From: a virus
Taxonomy: Duplodnaviria; Caudoviricetes
DNA length: 64,000 nt
IMG/VR virus record: IMGVR_UViG_3300021426_000068
Coordinates: 68,808 to 132,807 of that record
Strand: one strand, 5' to 3'
In this document: one piece after another, positions 59,638 to 64,000 of the stretch
Layout of the letters: each line of letters begins with the position of its first letter
Position numbering within the stretch: the stretch's first letter is position 1
Made by a program: the position numbers and the translations under genes
Notes under the pieces: model-generated
What the model was told of the DNA's origin: nothing
Databases searched by the model: none
Seen by the model: the letters and a program-made list of their open reading frames with translations, nothing else

Positions 59638-61762
59638 TTGTGTAATAGAAAATGTAACATATTATAATCAAGAAAATGGATACACCATCATGTCAGTTAG
59701 GCCTGATGGTGAAATAAGTTCCATAACACTTATTGCAAATACAACTAATCCATTACCAGGTGTTACTTTATATGTAGAAGGTGAATGGAAAAAACATCAA
59801 ATATATGGTAAACAATTTGTTTCAACACTTTGTAATGAAATCATGCCTGATACTGTTTATGGTATTAGAAAATATCTTGGTAGTGGTTTAATAAAAGGTG
59901 TTGGACAAGTAACTGCTGATAAAATTGTTAACAAATTTGGTGAAGAAACGCCTGATATAATTGAAAACCATCCTGAAAGACTGAAAGAAATACCAAGACT
60001 TTCACAAAAAACAATAGATTTACTTGTAGAATCTTGGAACGAGCAAAAACATATGTTTGACATTATGGTGTTTCTTAAAAGTTTTGATATCAGTACTTTA
60101 TATGCAGTAAAAATATATAAACTATATGGTAATGAAGCAATTTCTATACTTAAAGAGAATCCATATAGATTAATCACTGATATTGATGGTATAGGATTTA
60201 TTAAAGCAGATACAATTGCTTTAAGGATGGGATATGATATGACTTCTGCAAAACGTCAAGAAGCAGGTATTGTATATACACTTTCACAATATGCTGAAGA
60301 AGGAAACACATATTGTACTAAAACATTTCTTTCTCCTGAAGTTGCAAACCTTCTTTCACTTCAACCAAGTCTTATTGATGGGACAATAGATGATATGATT
60401 GAAAAAGAAGAACTTGTTAATGAAGATAATAAAATATTTTTACCGTTTTATTATAAAGCGGAAAAATCAATTGCTGAAAAACTTTATGAGTTAATTATAA
60501 GTTATAAGGAAAAAGAGGTTATTAATGATTTACAAATTAATGATATAGAAAATGTTCTTGGAATTGAATATAATGAAGAACAAAGAGAAGCAATTAAAAC
60601 TGCCTTATATAACAATGTAATGGTATTAACAGGTGGACCAGGTACAGGTAAGACAACAGTAACTAAAGGTATTATTACGGCTTTTAGATTAATGAACAAA
60701 CAAATACTTCTTGCTGCACCAACAGGAAAAGCAGCTGATAGAATGTCAGATGCAACAGGTGGTGAAGCTAAGACAATTCACAGACTTCTTGGTTATAATC
60801 CAACAAGAGGATATTTGTATAATGAAGATTTTCCTTTATGTGGTGATGTTCTTATTCTTGATGAGACTTCAATGATTAATGTACAACTTATGTATACATT
60901 ACTTAAGGCTGTTCCTATTGAAATGAAATTAGTACTTATAGGTGACGTTGACCAGCTTCCTTGTATTGGTGCAGGTAATATTTTGTCTGATTTAATTAAA
61001 TCAGGAAAAGTACCAGTCGTTAAACTTGAAAAAATATTCAGACAAGCAGCAAGTTCTAAAATAATTACAACAGCACATGCAATTAATCATGGCGAAATAC
61101 CTGTTTTAAAAAACGAAAAAGATTCTGATTTATTTTTCATGACAGATTCAGATGATGAATCAATTGCAGATACAATTTCTGATTTGGTTTTAAATAGACT
61201 TCCTCATAAATATAACATTAAACCAACTGAAATACAGGTGCTGACACCAATGAAAAAGGGTGTTCTTGGTACAAAGAATCTTAATGATACATTACAAGAA
61301 GTTATTAACAAAAACGGTGGAAATGAAATTAAGTATGGTGATACTATATTCAGAGAAAATGATAAAGTGATGCAAATTAAAAATAACTATGAAAAAGGTG
61401 TTTTTAATGGTGATTCAGGTTTTATTCAAAAAATTAATAAGGAATTGAAAATTGTGACAGTAATATTTAGGAAACAAGTTGTTGACTACGATTTTGGTGA
61501 ACTTGATGAACTTATGTTAGCATATGCTGTTACAGTACATAAATCACAAGGTTCTGAATATCCCATTGTTGTTATGCCACTTACTAAAGCACATTATATG
61601 ATGATGAAACGAAACTTAATATATACAGGCATTACAAGAGCGAAATCATTATGTGTATTGATTGGACAGAAACAAACACTTTATATGGGTATTAACAATA
61701 TTGATACAACAAAAAGAAATACATATTTAAAAGAATTTTTAAACAATGAAAATTGGAATTAA
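59618..61762 (+). CDS. recD2: RecD2-like SF1B helicase
   Basis: HhH IKGVG/IDGIGF, TGGPGTGKT, LAAPTGKAA, DETSM, GDVDQLP, YAVTVHKSQGSE, YTGITRAK. Confidence 0.93.
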   Translation: MFMEHFNCVIENVTYYNQENGYTIMSVRPDGEISSITLIANTTNPLPGVTLYVEGEWKKHQIYGKQFVSTLCNEIMPDTVYGIRKYLGSGLIKGVGQVTADKIVNKFGEETPDIIENHPERLKEIPRLSQKTIDLLVESWNEQKHMFDIMVFLKSFDISTLYAVKIYKLYGNEAISILKENPYRLITDIDGIGFIKADTIALRMGYDMTSAKRQEAGIVYTLSQYAEEGNTYCTKTFLSPEVANLLSLQPSLIDGTIDDMIEKEELVNEDNKIFLPFYYKAEKSIAEKLYELIISYKEKEVINDLQINDIENVLGIEYNEEQREAIKTALYNNVMVLTGGPGTGKTTVTKGIITAFRLMNKQILLAAPTGKAADRMSDATGGEAKTIHRLLGYNPTRGYLYNEDFPLCGDVLILDETSMINVQLMYTLLKAVPIEMKLVLIGDVDQLPCIGAGNILSDLIKSGKVPVVKLEKIFRQAASSKIITTAHAINHGEIPVLKNEKDSDLFFMTDSDDESIADTISDLVLNRLPHKYNIKPTEIQVLTPMKKGVLGTKNLNDTLQEVINKNGGNEIKYGDTIFRENDKVMQIKNNYEKGVFNGDSGFIQKINKELKIVTVIFRKQVVDYDFGELDELMLAYAVTVHKSQGSEYPIVVMPLTKAHYMMMKRNLIYTGITRAKSLCVLIGQKQTLYMGINNIDTTKRNTYLKEFLNNENWN

Positions 61763-61817
61763 TTTGTTTTTTAAAAAATAAATTTATAGTTTTGTAATAA
61801 CTTAAATATTTTATAAA

Positions 61818-62504
61818 ATGTATAAAAGTTTTGAAAAAGAAAATTATCCAAATATTTTGGATTCAATTAACGTAAGTTATCAAGATATAATTTATAAATT
61901 GAAAAGAAATCCTTATACTCAACCTCCTAGATATGATAAATTTAATCATACAACAGAAGAAGAAGATATTGAGGAAAGGATAACTGTACCATATTTTAGT
62001 GAATCTTTTTTAAAATACATTGAAGAAAAAAATACAATACCTTCTCTTTACGAATTCGAAATGCAATATAGAGAAGATAATAAGCCTTTCTACGAACAAT
62101 ATAATACAAAAGAATATCGTTATGCAATAAGAAATAGATTGCAGAGAGCATATCCTTCTTTAATTAGAGATATCATGTTTGCTTTATTTCTTAAAGAAAA
62201 ATTTAAAGATAAAAATATAGAAGTTATATATAATGCTAAACTTGATAAGTATGAAGGTATTGACATTTTGATTTGTGGTAAACATAATTGGGGTATTCAT
62301 CTGTTTACTAAAACAAGGCGTGGAGTTGAGTTTAGAGCAAGAAAAGATAACAGACATGCTGATGATTTTTATAATGTTATTGATATTGATTTAGAAATAA
62401 ATCTTGATTCTAAAAATAAATTTGGTAACGTTATTTTGTACGGAGAAAAAGATTACCAAAACCTTATTGAAAAAGTTAAAAAAGAAAATGAACTAATAAT
62501 GTAG
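61818..62504 (+). CDS. TaqI-family-like type II restriction endonuclease
   Basis: RAYPSLIRD, YNAKLDKYEGIDILI motifs recalled from TaqI-like enzymes. Confidence 0.55.
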   Translation: MYKSFEKENYPNILDSINVSYQDIIYKLKRNPYTQPPRYDKFNHTTEEEDIEERITVPYFSESFLKYIEEKNTIPSLYEFEMQYREDNKPFYEQYNTKEYRYAIRNRLQRAYPSLIRDIMFALFLKEKFKDKNIEVIYNAKLDKYEGIDILICGKHNWGIHLFTKTRRGVEFRARKDNRHADDFYNVIDIDLEINLDSKNKFGNVILYGEKDYQNLIEKVKKENELIM

Positions 62505-62507
62505 CAT

Positions 62508-62681
62508 ATGGAAAACGTAATTACTTTAATTGAACAAGAAATTAAAAAACAAGAAGATTTAAAAAATAAAGCATGGTCATGTAATGATTATTCTTCTTAT
62601 AATGAAATATGTGCTTTTATTTCAGGTCTTACTAAAGCAAAACAAATTATTTTAGAACATGGAAAAACAGAAAATACTTGA
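62508..62681 (+). CDS. Small hypothetical protein (57 aa)
   Basis: Manual translation MENVITLIEQEIKKQEDLKNKAWSCNDYSSYNEICAFISGLTKAKQIILEHGKTENT. Confidence 0.5.
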   Translation: MENVITLIEQEIKKQEDLKNKAWSCNDYSSYNEICAFISGLTKAKQIILEHGKTENT

Positions 62682-62785
62682 ATGAACTAATATAGGTAAC
62701 GATATATGTGTTTACACTAAATAGAAAAATTTACCCATTGGTGTGTGGGTTAATGCTCGGAAAATCAATTTGATAGAACGAGAAA

Positions 62786-63002
62786 GTTGTAATTCCATTT
62801 AATTTATGGTTAACTAACACCTGGTGTACTGTACGTGAATGGTACGGCTATGTTGTAATTCCATTTAATTTATGGTTGACTAACACCTGGCAATCTTAAG
62901 GCTCTTACAGATAACAGATTGTAATTCCATTTAATTTATGTTGACTAACACTTAGAGATTGTTGCACGTGTTTTATGACACAGTTGTAATTTCATTTACT
63001 TT
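62786..63002 (-). CRISPR. CRISPR mini-array: 3 near-complete repeats plus 1 partial, 35-36 bp repeat and 30-31 bp spacers
   Basis: Repeat (+) GTTGTAATTCCATTTAATTTATGGTT(A/G)ACTAACAC(C) at 62786, 62852, 62918 (1-bp deletion), 62983 (first 20 bp, 18/20 match); unique spacers; internal CCAT/ATGG hairpin; strand inferred from promoter and terminator. Confidence 0.88.
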
Positions 63003-63050
63003 TTTACATTAATAAACTATTATAAATAGAAAAAATAATTTTTTATAAGA

Positions 63051-64000
63051 ATGATAAGAGCATATAAATATAAACTTAAACCAACTGTGAAACAACAAAA
63101 ATTGTTCTCACAAGCCTTTGGTAATGCTCGCTTTATCTATAATTGGGGACTTAATCGTAAAAAAGAAACCTGGGAAAATGAACATAAAAATGTTACATAT
63201 CTACAACTGGCTAAAGAATTAACTTTACTTAAAAAAGACGGTGAACATGATTGGTTAAAGAATAGTTCATCTGTCTCATTACAACAATCACTTAGAAACC
63301 TTGATAATGCCAATACCAGATTCTTTAAATCTAAAAAAGGCTTCCCTAAATTTAAATCAAAGAAAAATAGTGTTGACTCAGTAAAGTTCATAAACGGTGT
63401 TCACTTTGATTTTGAAACTATGAGAGTATCTGTGCCATGTATAGGTAAAGTTAAATTTCTTAAAAATCGTGAATTTGATGTAAACAATCCTACAGTAAAA
63501 TTGGGTACTTTAACTGTTACAAAAGATAAATGTGGCGATTATTGGTGTACCATAGTAGTTGATGACAATAAACCAAACGTATCGAAAACCAAGATATGTG
63601 AGGAAAAAACTGTTGGTATTGACTTGGGTATTAAAGATTATGCAATTCTATCTGACGGTACAAAGTACGGAAATCCTAAGTATCTTGAAGCAAAACAGCA
63701 ACAATTAACAAAAGCACAACAATGGCTTTCAAGAACACAAAAAAATAGTAAACGTCATGAAAAAGCAAAATTATATGTAGCAAAGTTACATAGGAAAATT
63801 GCTAACAGAAGAAATGATTTTCTTCATAAGTTAACAACCATGTTAATTAATAGTGAATATGATACATTTTGTATGGAGAATCTTAACATTACTGGTATGA
63901 CACAGAATCATAACCTTGCAAAGAGTATAAATAGTGTTGCATGGAATGAATTTGTTAGACAATTAACTTATAAATGTGAATGGTGTGGAAAGAACATTGT
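63051..64000 (+). CDS. tnpB: TnpB RNA-guided nuclease (IS200/IS605 family), truncated by window end; no tnpA upstream
   Basis: Manual translation MIRAYKYKLKPTVKQQ...FGNARFIYNWGL...GFPKFKSKK...VGIDLGIKD (RuvC-I)...FLHKLT...CMENLNITGM (RuvC-II). Confidence 0.93.
   Translation, partial: MIRAYKYKLKPTVKQQKLFSQAFGNARFIYNWGLNRKKETWENEHKNVTYLQLAKELTLLKKDGEHDWLKNSSSVSLQQSLRNLDNANTRFFKSKKGFPKFKSKKNSVDSVKFINGVHFDFETMRVSVPCIGKVKFLKNREFDVNNPTVKLGTLTVTKDKCGDYWCTIVVDDNKPNVSKTKICEEKTVGIDLGIKDYAILSDGTKYGNPKYLEAKQQQLTKAQQWLSRTQKNSKRHEKAKLYVAKLHRKIANRRNDFLHKLTTMLINSEYDTFCMENLNITGMTQNHNLAKSINSVAWNEFVRQLTYKCEWCGKNI

Noticed and set aside
62724-62754. Fifth CRISPR repeat
   Set aside because: Only weak similarity (CCATT...GGTTAA); better explained as a hairpin with T tract on the minus strand, though a decayed repeat is not excluded.
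1-64000. TAG-to-Gln recoding as in Lak megaphages
   Set aside because: Core genes are intact in the standard code. TAG ends genes cleanly (37482, 49752 inside a terminator, 62504). The in-frame ORF after 62504 has its own ATG.
1-64000. tRNA or rRNA genes
   Set aside because: No cloverleaf with T-loop consensus or rRNA-like segment recognised in intergenic regions.

Overview
An AT-rich, densely coding segment of a very large T4-like (myovirus-type) jumbo phage, read in the standard genetic code. The host is probably in the Bacteroidota: TAnnTTTG -7 promoter boxes lie before non-structural genes and Shine-Dalgarno sites are not evident. The window holds the head-morphogenesis core: portal, neck, terminase (split by an ORF-less group I intron), major capsid protein, scaffold-like proteins and prohead protease (with an intein). 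It also has a gp55-like late sigma factor, baseplate genes, glycosyltransferases, RmlD, ClpC, RecD2, a DNA methyltransferase, restriction-like nucleases and free-standing homing endonucleases. Most notable: (1) a Cas-less CRISPR mini-array (66-bp period), apparently driven by the phage late-promoter motif, head-to-head with a TnpB gene whose RuvC-I/II motifs are intact; (2) a family of about 14 proteins sharing a short helical 'I.ITE.QL..(I/M)V.E' tag, including a 1356-aa multi-enzyme protein whose domains are separated by (I/L/V)NE motifs, suggesting capsid-packaged, protease-released effectors; (3) a candidate -1 frameshift joining two acidic core genes; (4) a late-promoter motif that is the reverse complement of the T4 TATAAATA box; (5) a probable DGR variable region. 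All family assignments come from motif recognition by eye; no database searches were run.
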